NCBI RefSeq assembly: GCF_001194135.2
Contig: NC_068981.1
Span: 163,335,844 to 163,399,843, forward strand
Source: Octopus bimaculoides
Taxonomy: Eukaryota
Direction of reading: 5' to 3'
Length of the DNA: 64,000 nt
The notes below the pieces were generated by a model. That model did no database searches. It worked only from the letters and a program-made list of their open reading frames with translations, and was not told where the DNA came from. The position numbers and the translations under genes are program-made. Shown here one piece after another: positions 1 through 12,310 of this stretch. Within the stretch, counting starts at the first letter, position 1; each line of letters opens with the position of its first letter.

Positions 1-114
1 GGTTCTATGAAAGTTAAAAAGATTTAACATATTTAAATGAAATATTACATTTGTTTTTTATCACCTTAATTTGTCTAAAATGACCACAATAATTCTCTTA
101 TTACTGTGCATATT

Positions 115-320
115 TTTGATTGTTTGTCCTCCCACCACCACTTTACAACTAGTGGGGGTGGGGTGTTTGTTTAAGTCCCTGTAACTTATTGCTTCAGCAA
201 AAGACATGATAGAATATGTACCAGACTTAAAAGAAAAAGAAAAAAAGGTACTGGGGTTGATTTCACTGAAACCAAGCATTGCTGCAGTCCAATGACTGAA
301 ACTAGTAAAAGAGAAAAGAT
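115..320 (+). mobile_element. 3' portion of abundant tRNA/CORE-type SINE, decayed
   Basis: Matches the tail of the intact copy at 22709-23090 (cctgtaactta...gcagtccaatgactgaaactagtaaaaga). Confidence 0.7.
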
Positions 321-326
321 AATGAA

Positions 327-363
<37 letters not shown>

Positions 364-443
364 GCAAATTTCTAAAAATAATCAGATATTTTCGCAAAAT
401 GAATGAACGAGTTCTTGTTATTTATCCATTGTATCTTCCTTAA

Positions 444-648
444 CCTTATAGAATTTAAACCAGCCACATCCAACCCAAATGTTCTATCAGTTTTTATGTT
501 CAAACTGGCCAGATCCAGCCTCTCACACCTACCTGACAAAGTCATTCTAAAGATAAGCAACTACAACACTGAAATCTTGAAGCTAGGAGCTAATGCATGA
601 TGAATTCATAAGCATTACATTTGACAGAGTAACCCGAATGCTAAAGAG
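444..648. mobile_element. TTAA-flanked piggyBac-like MITE (family A)
   Basis: TTAA at 440-443; degenerate TIR ccttatagaatt...aatgctaaagag; aligns with the reverse complement of 6273-6492. Confidence 0.7.
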
Positions 649-899
649 TCGAGCAGAGTAACCCAAGTGCTAAAGAGTTGAGTGGGGTGGAGGTGAGGTG
701 AAGTGGGACAGGCAGTGAAAAAGATTAGATCATTGTTTTTTTTCTTCTTTTTTTTAAGCATAGATATATCAACCTGAGTATTCAACTGGGCAATCAATAA
801 CAGCATTCTTTTTTATAGGTAATCACTCTTAGCAATCAGCATCCATTTTTAATGCTACATGTATTGAAATGACACATACAGTTTCTTACTAATACAAGA

Positions 900-1012
900 A
901 ATGTGTGCGTGTATGTGTGCATATATGTGCATGTACTATATGTATGTGTATGTATATGTAATATATATATGTCTATGTATATATAAATGTGTGTGTGTGC
1001 ATGTGTGTATGC

Positions 1013-1060
<48 letters not shown>

Positions 1061-1065
1061 ATACA
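900..1065. repeat. (TG)n/(TA)n compound microsatellite
   Basis: Direct reading; source of the spurious YI/HT/CV ORFs. Confidence 0.9.
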
Positions 1066-1293
1066 CAAATATTGTGTAAAATGCATAGTTAGGGGGTATG
1101 AAAGGAGAATATAGATTTATAATTTTTTAAATTTTTTATATGACTCCCATATGATTAAAGTCATTTCATAACTTTTCTCGTGTAATATTATTAATTTCAG
1201 TATGCAAAATTATACATACATGATTCCATCAATATGTATGTTCAGCATTATATAATTGTATGTTCACAGAAAATTAACATGGGTACAATTACA

Positions 1294-1324
<31 letters not shown>

Positions 1325-1885
1325 TTATATAAGAGGTCATGTAAGCATTAAAAATACATTTTAAATGCAATGAACAAAAAAAAAAACACAGGAAGGACAA
1401 GCTTTAACAAATTACTGTATCAGCTTAATAACTAAAAGGAAGGGAGTTAAAACGTTTCAGACACCAGTCCTTTATCATAAGAAAAGGAATAACAAGAATA
1501 GTGAGAAAGAGAAACAGCCAGGGAGGAGGAGGAGGAGGAGGAGCATGTTACTGCAAGTGTAATAGTGCATCTGTATTTTGAGATGAACAATATGGCGGAG
1601 TGTGTGTGTGTGTGTGTGTGTGTGTAGAAGTGAGCAAATGCAGAGGCATATTGCTGTAAGCTAGTGTGTGTGTGTGTGTGAGTAATCGGTAAGCATGAGT
1701 TCGGAAAACATGGGTAGGAAAAAGTGGGAATGGGTGCAAGTGTAAGGTAAAAAGAGAGGCAAGAGTAATGTGAAAGGTGTGATAGAGTTATGTATGTGTA
1801 GGCAAGGACATGGGCATTAAACATTATTACATGTTTATGAATAAAGATACATTTATATACATGCATATGCATGCACATGTGTGTC

Positions 1886-1946
<61 letters not shown>

Positions 1947-2309
1947 GTACATATATGCACATACACATAAATGTATATGTATTAAAAAGACAGGGGGCAA
2001 AAACTGCTTTGACAAAGAGAAAAACAGAGAATGCAAAAAAAAAGAAAAAAGAAAAAAAGAAACTTCTACACAATACAAAACATTTTATATAAAAAAAAAA
2101 AAAAAGTAACAGAGGACAAAACTAAAGATTTGTAAATTAACAAAGCTATCTTCTGAATATCTAGATCTCAGAAATTAAGCTGTGAGGCAGCAAATAAGAT
2201 TCCAGCTTGGTTATGGAAATTCCTCAAATGAAGATGATATTGCTGATATTAGCTCTGGTTCTTATTTACATTTTCCAAATGTGAAGAAAGTATTAAAAGG
2301 AAAAAAGAA

Positions 2310-2695
2310 ACTGATGATGATGGTGGTGGTGATGATGATGATGCGCAGGAGGAGGAGGATTATAGTGATGATGATGATAAGATGACGATAGTGATGGTGA
2401 TGGTGGTGGTGGTGGTGGTGGTGGTGATAATGATACTGACAACGATAATGATATAACTGACAATGATAACCATAATGATACTATGATGATGATAATGATA
2501 TTACAGACAATTATAGTGATAACGATAATGATATTACAGATGATGATGATGATGATGATGATGACGACGATAATGCTATTATTACAGACAATGATAATGA
2601 TATTAGAGACAATGTTGATAGTGAGGATAACAATAAGCAAGAAGCTGTCTCTAAGAACTGAAGAGGAAGCAGCAGCAGCAGCAGCAGCAGCAACA
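2310..2695. repeat. Degenerate trinucleotide tract (ATG/GTG/ATA)n followed by (GCA)n
   Basis: Direct reading; gives low-complexity ORFs 2293-2715, 2483-2710 and 2511-2732. Confidence 0.9.
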
Positions 2696-4119
2696 GAAGA
2701 AATTGGATGATACACAAGAAGAGATAAGACATTTCAAATTAATGTAGTTTAATGTTTAATAAATAAACAAGTGCACAGAAGAAGTAGAGTAAATAAAAGA
2801 ATAAAAACTAAGAGAGCACATGAAATGCAATTAAATGACGCGGGTGAGAGAAGACGGAGTAGGAAAGCAGAGAAGAAACAAAGAAAGAGAATGGAAAGTG
2901 GGGCGTAGGAGAACATGAAGCAGCAAAATTTATTGGGCGAGAAAGGTGNNNNNNNNNNNNNNNNNNNNNNNNNNNNNNNNNNNNNNNNNNNNNNNNNNNN
3001 NNNNNNNNNNNNNNNNNNNNNNNNNNNNNNNNNNNNNNNNNNNNNNNNNNNNNNNNNNNNNNNNNNNNNNNNNNNNNNNNNNNNNNNNNNNNNNNNNNNN
3101 NNNNNNNNNNNNNNNNNNNNNNNNNNNNNNNNNNNNNNNNNNNNNNNNNNNNNNNNNNNNNNNNNNNNNNNNNNNNNNNNNNNNNNNNNNNNNNNNNNNN
3201 NNNNNNNNNNNNNNNNNNNNNNNNNNNNNNNNNNNNNNNNNNNNNNNNNNNNNNNNNNNNNNNNNNNNNNNNNNNNNNNNNNNNNNNNNNNNNNNNNNNN
3301 NNNNNNNNNNNNNNNNNNNNNNNNNNNNNNNNNNNNNNNNNNNNNNNNNNNNNNNNNNNNNNNNNNNNNNNNNNNNNNNNNNNNNNNNNNNNNNNNNNNN
3401 NNNNNNNATATATATATATATATATATAGTTAATTAAAACAACGGAGAAAAAAGATAAAAAGGGAAAAAACGTGAGGACATAGCACATGCAAAGTATTAA
3501 TAAGATAGTCAGAGGAGGAAAGAGTGGTTGTTTTATGTTTCGAGTATAGCTCTTCTTTGGAAACAGGAGATAGGAAACTCCAAAAGAAAAGGAAGAAGGA
3601 GGAAAAAATGTCGCCAACAGCACTTGTGTAGTTACACACACACACACACACTTGTGTAGGTATGGCTGTGAGGTTAAGAAGTCTACTTCTCAATCACATG
3701 GTTTTGGGTTCAAGACCAACCATGTATGTATGTATGTATGTATGTATGTACATGCACACATTTATTAAGCATTGTCTGATTATGTATAAATGTTTTAAAT
3801 ATCTTCTTTTAAATCCAAAACAATGCAAGTTATAAAAAGTTAATAAAACATTACCTGATATTTCAATATTTCAGGGTTAGAACCCATTCTTCAGGAAATT
3901 CATGGAGAAAAAGTGTATTATAAATTTTTAATAACTTACATTGTTCTGGCTTTAAAACAATATTTAAAGCCTCAACCCCATGTATGAGAGAGAGTTATTT
4001 GCATGCATTTAGGGACACTATTCTCATTGAATATGAGTTCAGAGATAATCGATCAAAAAGGTCTGCTGCATCACCAAAAATAATCAGTATTAAGGTTACT
4101 CACTGCTTTATTCTGTTAT

Positions 4120-4430
4120 TGTAATTAGCTTTTAAAACCTTGTATATCTTTAGCTGAAATGGCTGCAACTGCAGCTTTTGGAAGTATATTCCATACGTTG
4201 ATAGCCAAATGCAAATAACTCCCGTAGGATTTGCATGTCTTAATCTGCTGATGAGTACCAAGAACTATAAGTACTGAATACATGAGACGTTCAGATCCAA
4301 ATATGTAACCCTGTTTGCATATAAGAAAATGTATATCAGAATCTACACACTTCTAACAGAAGGATCTATTGAGCACTTCAATGTTTTTGTATCAATATAA
4401 ACACCATCAGTATGTATATAGACACACCCA
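4120..4430 (-). mobile_element. Decayed CR1/L2-type LINE 3' fragment
   Basis: Minus translation ...LAINVWNILPKAAVAAISAKDIQGFKS* resembles the 'V.N.WN.LP..VV.A.S...FK' C-terminus of CR1/L2 ORF2. Boundaries approximate. Confidence 0.55.
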
Positions 4431-4444
4431 CATTTAAATTCATA

Positions 4445-4662
4445 CATACTGAACTAAAATTTCAATCCACACTGCCTTTGTTTCAATTCATCTTTAAAAC
4501 AATAAAGAATTTACTTAAAAAAATTGGGTTATTATCAAGCTAGTATTAAGAAGGTAAACTAATGTGGAATTTTAATGAAAAGTTCTAATTTAAATCACTT
4601 CAAAATAGGTCACATGTATCATATAACCAGAGGTGGTCTCCGGTGGATTGGTATGAAAAGTG
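4445..4662. mobile_element. piggyBac-like MITE (family B), decayed
   Basis: Reverse-orientation similarity to 24514-24752 and 14765-14910. Confidence 0.55.
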
Positions 4663-4724
4663 CTAAACTCATGGTACTTATAGGCATTAAAAATCCAGTG
4701 CTACACCTCACTAGTTACTCTTAA

Positions 4725-4946
4725 TCCTTTCGTTACTGTATTTATTTTGAGATGCTCTGTGTTTCTTTCAATTACTTTAAATATAACAAAGGATTTAGTA
4801 AAATAACTTAGTTATCATTCAGCTTAGTGTTAGGAACATAAATTGTGACTAAGGTTTGCAGCAAGATTTTAATTCAAAACTTATGAAAACAAGACATTTG
4901 TACACTGAGCCAGAGCCGGTTTCAGTCGGGTTGGTAAGTGAAAGGG
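4725..4946. mobile_element. TTAA-flanked piggyBac-like MITE (family B-related)
   Basis: ttaa|tcctttcgttac...gtaagtgaaaggg|taaa; imperfect TIRs and TTAA-like flanks. Confidence 0.7.
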
Positions 4947-5048
4947 TAAATTCATAATGATTAGTTTACATTTTTTTTTTTTTTTGTAGTATTTTACTTG
5001 AATTTCTTTTAGATGCAAAGAATAAATATTAAATTATCTGTGAACTGT

Positions 5049-5400
5049 AGGTGCAGGATGGTTGTGTGACTAAGAAGCATATTCACAACCACATGGTTGC
5101 AGGTTCAGTCCTACTGCGTGGCACTGTGTCTTCAACTATAAACTTGAACTGACCAATGCCTTGTGAGTGAATTTGGTAGATGGTAACTGTGAGGAAGCCC
5201 AACATATGTATGTGCATTTTGTTTGTCAACAGGTGATGTTTGTTTACATCTCCATAATGTAGTGGTTCAACAAAAGAGACTGACAGAATAAGTATTCAAC
5301 TTAAAAAATTAAGTACTAGAGTCAATTTGTTCAACTAAGCCCCTTGAAGCAATGCTCCAGCTTGGTTGCAATTCAATGACTGAAACAAGTAAAAGATAAA
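5049..5400 (+). mobile_element. tRNA/CORE-type SINE, near full length, CpG-decayed
   Basis: Colinear with 22709-23090. Confidence 0.8.
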
Positions 5401-6272
5401 ATGAAAAAGTTCTTCCAGCACTCTAGTATATACATTATTGATAATCTTGTTTAAATATAACATTATGGATATCTGGGAATAATGTTACTTAAATAACAGT
5501 AATGTGTTGTTAAGAGAGGGAAGAAAATATTTTTTAAAATGTAATTTAGTTTTGCATACGGGTGACGGGGAAATCAACATCAGAATGAAATAATTATCTT
5601 CTGAAGGGAAACATCACTCAAAATTACACTTGAAATTCAACAATTCATTGATTAGATATATATTTTTTTTCTCATATACATAATAAAGAAAGAGAGATGT
5701 AAAAAAAAAAAGTACTAAAATAAAAAATTTAAAGATTAAAAATTGATGTGGGGGTGAGGAAGGTGTGATTTTTTTGTTTTGTTTTTTTTGTTTTTCTTTC
5801 TTTTTCAATGTTAAGTTGCAACCTGATTTTCATTTCAGGTGTGTTTGTGTTGTGTGTCTGTGTGTGCAAAAGGTGTGTTTCCTGGCAACACTTGAAACTC
5901 AGAACAGATAATGATAGGTGGTGCAGGTGGAGGACAACTAAAGTTAATTCCTACGAAACATTTGAGTCAGACACTCATTTTATTTGTGTGTGTGTGTAAC
6001 TTTTCTAATTGTATCATTCTTTATATCAAACTTTTCTAATTAAACATATATATATACATATTTTACGAAACAAAATAATCCACAACCTTCCATCTCAATA
6101 AACTACTATTGTCCCAAAAGTTGTTTTGTGAGTATGTGCATATTTTTTCTCTTTTGCCCATCTATATTTTTCCTGTCCATTTCTATCAATTCACGACCAA
6201 ATTTATAAGAACGTCAAATTTACAAGAACGCCAGTATAGGAATCAAACATGAACTTTTTTCTTGTTGATTAA

Positions 6273-6492
6273 TCCTTTAGCATTCAGATTATTCTGTAAA
6301 ATGTAATATTTATTCACATTTTTAAAAATTAACCATGCATTATCATCACATAGCTTCCAGATTTTGTTGATGTGGTTGGTTATTCTATAGAATGACATTG
6401 TAGGGTGGGTGTAAGAAGCAGGATCTGGTCAATTTGAGCAAAAGACAGGTAGAATATATGGACCAGATATGGTCAGTTTAAATGCTAAAGGG
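6273..6492. mobile_element. TTAA-flanked piggyBac-like MITE (family A)
   Basis: ttaa|tcctttagcatt...aatgctaaaggg|ttaa; TTAA at 6269-6272 and 6493-6496. Confidence 0.85.
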
Positions 6493-7674
6493 TTAAGATG
6501 TGCATGTGTGTGTGTGTGTGTGTGTGTGCATTTGAAAGAGTGTGTGCACGTTCATGCATTACTGGGTGCATGTTACCCATGTCCCGATTTTTAGGATAGG
6601 TTCACTGTATCCCAGCATGCCTAAAAGATGACGAAAAGCCCTCAAAGGTTAGCATCAGGAAAAGCATCTGGCCAAAAGAGCATGCCTCAAAAACACCCAT
6701 CCAACTTGTGTTTACATAGGAAAAGCTGATGTCAAAATAATGATAATGAGTGTCTGCATCTGTTTTCAGTGTAGATGAGGAGTTTTTAGTCATAAGCTCA
6801 TCAACCAAAAGTCACTGAAAGTGGTATCCCAGTATGGCTGCAGTCCAATGACTGACACCAGTAAAAGAATAAAAGTATTTATTTTATATTGTATTATAAA
6901 TTGATAATTTTTTCTTTTTTTTCTGAAACTTCAGATTTAATACCATAAGAATGAACAGCAATCATCAGATTGTAATAAAGTATACTGAAAATTTTAGGTA
7001 TTTAGCTGATTGCCATTTGTTTCTATGGTGAAACTTTCAAGTTATGGCAAAGTAATATACAGCTCTGATTATAGTATAAATTCATTTTTACTTAATGTAA
7101 AAAGTTGCCTCCTTCAGTACCAGTAGGTCCTCAGTTTAGTGGTCTGTCAAGTTACCTGTGACCTGACCTCACTGGTGAAAAGCAATGAGTACACACTTAA
7201 GTGGTTGGCATTAGGAAAGGTATCCAGATGTAAGTACCATACCATAGCAGTCCTTTGCACATTGGTGCAGTCCTTTGGTTCGCTAGATCCTGCCAAACAG
7301 TCCAACCCATGACAGCACGAAAAACAAATATCAAATGATGATGATGTATTCAATACAGTTTTGCCTTACAACATTACTTTGTTCACAACATACACACACA
7401 CACATACAGTTAGCAGTGGTAGCTATACACATATATGTATAGCAAGTGTAGAGGAAGAAGCATGCATTCAGTATCGAGACAGTGGTGCCAATGTTTATTT
7501 TCAAGCTGAGAAATTCAACATCAATTTCTCCCNNNNNNNNNNNNNNNNNNNNNNNNNNNNNNNNNNNAATGTGAGTTACTTCTTCCTTCCTTCCTGTTTC
7601 TTTTTCGCAAGAAATTCAGCAAGGTATAGGTGAGTTATGTTAAACTTCTCAACAAGCTTAAATAAATAAATAAC

Positions 7675-8043
7675 TGTGGCTGTGTGGTAAGAAGCTTGCT
7701 TCTCAACCATATGGTTCTGGCTTCAGTCCCACTGTGTGGCACCTTGGGCAAGAGCCTTCTACTACAGCCACAGGCCGATCAAAGCCTTATGAGTGGATTT
7801 GGTAGACGGAAACTGAAAGAAGCCCATCATATATATGTGTGTGTTTGTCCCCCCCCCCCAGCATCGCTTGACAACTGATGCTGGTGTGTTTACATCCCTG
7901 TAACTTAGCGGTTCAGTAAAAGATACCAATAGAATAAGTACTAGGCTTACAAAGAATAAGTCCTGGGGTAAATTTGCTCAACTAAAGGTGGTGGTCCAGC
8001 ATGGCCACAGTTAAATGACTGAAACAAGTAAAAGGGAAAGAGT
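7675..8043 (+). mobile_element. tRNA/CORE-type SINE, full length, CpG-decayed
   Basis: Close to 22709-23090 except for systematic CG to TG/CA changes (cccgtcgt to cccatcat, tacgtccccgt to tacatccctgt, accgat to accaat). Confidence 0.9.
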
Positions 8044-8560
8044 ATGTATATNNNNNNNNNNNNNNNNNNNNNNNNNNNNNNNNNNNNNNNNNNNNNNNNN
8101 NNNNNNNNNNNNNNNNNNNNNNNNNNNNNNNNNNNNNNNNNNNNNNNNNNNNNNNNNNNNNNNNNNNNNNNNNNNNNNNNNNNNNNNNNNNNNNNNNNNN
8201 NNNNNNNNNNNNNNNNNNNNNNNNNNNNNNNNNNNNNNNNNNNNNNNNNNNNNNNNNNNNNNNNNNNNNNNNNNNNNNNNNNNNNNNNNNNNNNNNNNNN
8301 NNNNNNNNNNNNNNNNNNNNNNNNNNNNNNNNNNNNNNNNNNNNNNNNNNNNNNNNNNNNNNNNNNNNNNNNNNNNNNNNNNNNNNNNNNNNNNNNNNNN
8401 NNNNNNNNNNNNNNNNNNNNNNNNNNNNNNNNNNNNNNNNNNNNNNNNNNNNNNNNNNNNNNNNNNNNNNNNNNNNNNNNNNNNNNNNNNNNNNNTTGTT
8501 ATTTGTGTCTATGTTTGTCCCCCCACCATCGCTTGACAACCAATGTTGGTGTGTTTATGT

Positions 8561-8595
<35 letters not shown>

Positions 8596-8816
8596 CTGTT
8601 CAGTGGATTGACAACTTCCATACATGACTCCATAGGCAGAAAATTCTGTTTTTATCCTGCAATTAAAGAAAATTTTGGGAGGGGTGATTCTGAAGGGATG
8701 AAAATCCAGCAAGCCCAGTGGGAATTGAACTTAAAGCAATAAACAAACAGAACCAAAATTACCATTTTTAAATCTCACAACGTGAGATATTCAGCAACAG
8801 TACTTTGTAGTAAAGA

Positions 8817-9096
8817 TTGTTTGCCAACATAACATGGTAATCCTGGTTTAAGACTTATGTTGCTGTAATTTAGCCCCAGGAGACAGTCTCCAGCTGGCTA
8901 TACGAAATAACCCATAAATTGCGATATACAGATATTGTTTTGAGCTGTGCTACAAGTGGGGGTGCTAGATTCCCTTGTTTGAAAATGTAAGGACACAGAT
9001 CATGTCGTTATAGCCAGCTGGAGACAATGTCTCCTGGGGCTAAATTACAGTAACATTAGTCCTAAACCAGGACTGCCATGTTATGTTGGTAAACAA
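8817..9096. mobile_element. Foldback/MITE with about 90-bp inverted repeats
   Basis: Arm 8817-8905 (ttgtttgccaacataacatgg...cagctggctatacga) is the reverse complement of 9005-9096 with few mismatches. Confidence 0.8.
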
Positions 9097-9342
9097 TACT
9101 ACAAACAGAACCAAATTTGAATTTTTCTTGTTTAACCTCCAAGTCAACCCTGGTCAAGCAGACTCATTACCAAAATCATCCTAGCCATAACCATTCTATC
9201 TTTTTTTTGCAATTGTTGAACTACACCGTACAATGTATCCGTCCTCGTTTTAAGACAGTAGAGTCCAATGAGTGGGAGATAATGCTGCTATTTCTAGCTA
9301 GCTGAGTGACTATGTAAAGATTCTCTTACAAATTTTACATCT

Positions 9343-9590
9343 TACTTGTTTCAGTCATTAGATTGTGGCCATGCTGGAGCACCACCTTTAATCGAGCAAG
9401 TCGACCCCAGGACTTATTCTTTGTAAGCCCAGTATTTATTCAATCGTCTCTTTTGCCAAACCGCTAAGTTATGGGGACGTAAACACACCAGCATAAGTTG
9501 TCAAGTGATGTTGGGGAGGACAAACACAGACACACACACACACACACAAAGAGGGCCTCTTTCAGTCTCCATCAACCAAAATCCACTCTC
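9343..9590 (-). mobile_element. tRNA/CORE-type SINE, truncated by gap
   Basis: Reverse complement of the 22709-23090 3' half. Confidence 0.85.
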
Positions 9591-10589
9591 TCTCTCTGTA
9601 TGTATGTATATATATATATATATANNNNNNNNNNNNNNNNNNNNNNNNNNNNNNNNNNNNNNNNNNNNNNNNNNNNNNNNNNNNNNNNNNNNNNNNNNNN
9701 NNNNNNNNNNNNNNNNNNNNNNNNNNNNNNNNNNNNNNNNNNNNNNNNNNNNNNNNNNNNNNNNNNNNNNNNNNNNNNNNNNNNNNNNNNNNNNNNNNNN
9801 NNNNNNNNNNNNNNNNNNNNNNNNNNNNNNNNNNNNNNNNNNNNNNNNNNNNNNNNNNNNNNNNNNNNNNNNNNNNNNNNNNNNNNNNNNNNNNNNNNNN
9901 GGGGGGGGGGAGATAGAGACATTTTTTTTTGCATATGAGAGGGACATTTTCTCATTAACTTCAGTTTTTTTTGTTTGTTTTTTCTTACAAAATTGGGTTT
10001 TGATATTTGCTCAATACAGGATTGCTCAGAATTATTATTTTTTTTCTTTAAACAAATTAATCATTTTAAATTGGATGGAAGATGTGAGAAGTTATTTAAA
10101 TGTTAAGATGTTAAATTTTATACATTTAAAACAAATTGCATTTTAAAAAAAGAAAAAAGACAAAAAACAAAAGCAAACTTCTAAATTGAAAATATTGAAA
10201 AAGACAAAGAACGACAACTAATTTTCTAAAAACCATTTTACAGATAGAATGGTGAGCAAAGGATGGCGGTTGTAATTTTCGTGGAAGCAGTGTTGAGGTG
10301 GAGACAAATTTGAAAATAATTTCAAAGAAAACTCTGAGTTACAGCCGTTTAGCAATTTAGAAAATTAACAAAGAACAACTTGCTATATATTCTGTGTAGA
10401 GAATGTTAAGATTGCCCACACTACCAAACCTTGTGCTCCAATAAATCTGGCCAAAATGCAATATAGTTATTTGCTTTAAATAAGCCGGAACAAATACACA
10501 TTATGTATGTGTGTTTGTGCATGCACACATGCGTATGAGCGCACACATACACAACAGTATTACACCCACACATATATATATATATATAT

Positions 10590-10625
<36 letters not shown>

Positions 10626-11577
10626 CATACAAAACACACATCTACAAACCTAAACATCAATTTGGTTTAAACAAACTCAGACAGGAAGAAGAGTGATGAA
10701 GGTGCAAATCTATACAGCAGACATAGAGAGAGAAGAAAGAGAGAGAGAGACAGAGAGAGACTGAGGCAGTGGTGGTGGCGGTAGTTGGGTGTGGGGTAGC
10801 TATAGGGCAGTCAGTCAGGCAGACAGACAAACAGAGATTAATATCTGCAAAACTGTTAGGTTAAGTCAACAACTTAGAGAGAAAGAGAAATTATATATAA
10901 ACAAAAGTCAAACCCAAATGGTAGGGGGATAGCAGGCGTATAAAAGATAGATAGCTATATAGCTTGAGAGAGAGAGGGGAGGAAGAGGGAGGAAGGGAGG
11001 AGGAGAAGATTATATGGTGGTGGCAGTGGGGAGTAGTGGAAGTATTAGTAACAGCTGAGAGGAAGGAGACAACGGAAGAAAGAGAAAACATTGAAGCTAG
11101 AAGGTAAATTATGAAGTTTCGTTAACCTTCGTAGCAGATACCACTGGATAATGGATTCTTATAACAAAACCTGTATTTCTTACATCTGCATTTGGTGAAA
11201 GGAGTGCGGGGGGGGGGGGGGAGATTGGTAGATACAGTGAACTTGTATGGACCTCCCCAGTACCTTTATCAAAGCCTGGAAGGCAAAACTCAAGTACTCA
11301 GAGCTTATCGTGTGATGCAGCTTAAATGAACACCAAGCGTTTTTGCTTGGCGCTCTTATGAGAGCATCGTCATGGTGGTGGTGGCAGCAGTAACAACAAC
11401 AACAACACCACCACCGTGGAAGTCATCTTTAACCTTTCTTTTTTTTTTGAGATCGATTAAAAATTAAAATGAATGATATAAATTGATTATTTTCTCTCCT
11501 AGGATTCTTGGCCTGGTGCATCTGCTAGAAATACTAATCATTTCTGACACCTATCTTCATTTCATTATCAATATTAA

Positions 11578-12310
11578 GGGCGCAGGCATGGCTGAGTGGC
11601 AAGTAGTTTGCTTCCTAACAATATGGTTCTGGGTTCACTGCATAGCCCCTTGGGCAAGTGTCTTCTACTACAGCCCAGGGCTGACCAAATCCTTGTGAGT
11701 GGATTTGATAGACAAAACTGGGAAAAGCCTGTCGTCTATATCAGGGATTTTCAAACTGTGGTCCACGGACCACAGGGGGTCCACATGGACAAGACAGGGG
11801 GGTCCGTGGACAGCAAATACTTTTTATGGGCAATTTGATTTTATATATGTTTTTTTAATCGAAATCTTTTAACTGACAATAAACCTATTTGTTAAATACT
11901 GTTAAATAAATAAATGGAAAAATATGTTATTTTAAGCAAATATTTATGTATAAATTTCATAAGCGTTTATAAGGGGGTCCCTAAGGTAAAGCCTGAAATA
12001 TAAAGGGGTCCGCAAGTCAGAAAGTTTGAAAACCCCTGGTCTATATCTCTCTGTGTGTTTGTGTGTTTTACTGCCTTGGTATGGCATGATAGCTGTGAGT
12101 GCCAATGTCATGAAAGCAGTGCTTTTCACTTTCAATACCCTGAGTAAATATAACTGCTCAAGGAGAAATATCACCATACTTGGAAATGGGTGAAAATTAG
12201 TATGAGGAAGGGCATCTGGCTGTAGAAAATCTGCCTCAACAGAGTTCATCCAACCCAAGTGAGCATGGAATAGCAGATGTTAAACCAATGATGATGATGA
12301 TGATGATGGT
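11578..12310 (+). mobile_element. SINE with CORE-type head and RTE-like tail, interrupted by a hAT MITE
   Basis: Head 11578-11741; resumes at 12047; ends ggaagggcatctggctgtagaaaatctgcc...(gat)n. Confidence 0.75.
11742..12038. mobile_element. hAT (Charlie-like) MITE
   Basis: TIRs cagggattttcaaact / agtttgaaaacccctg; perfect 8-bp TSD GTCTATAT at 11734-11741 and 12039-12046. Confidence 0.92.

Noticed and set aside
2293-2715. Poly-Ala ORF as possible exd exon 3 (Pbx has an Ala tract)
   Set aside because: Flanks (ISSV...SSSVLRDS) lack EKGGG and EHSDYRAKL; it is a (GCA)n microsatellite.
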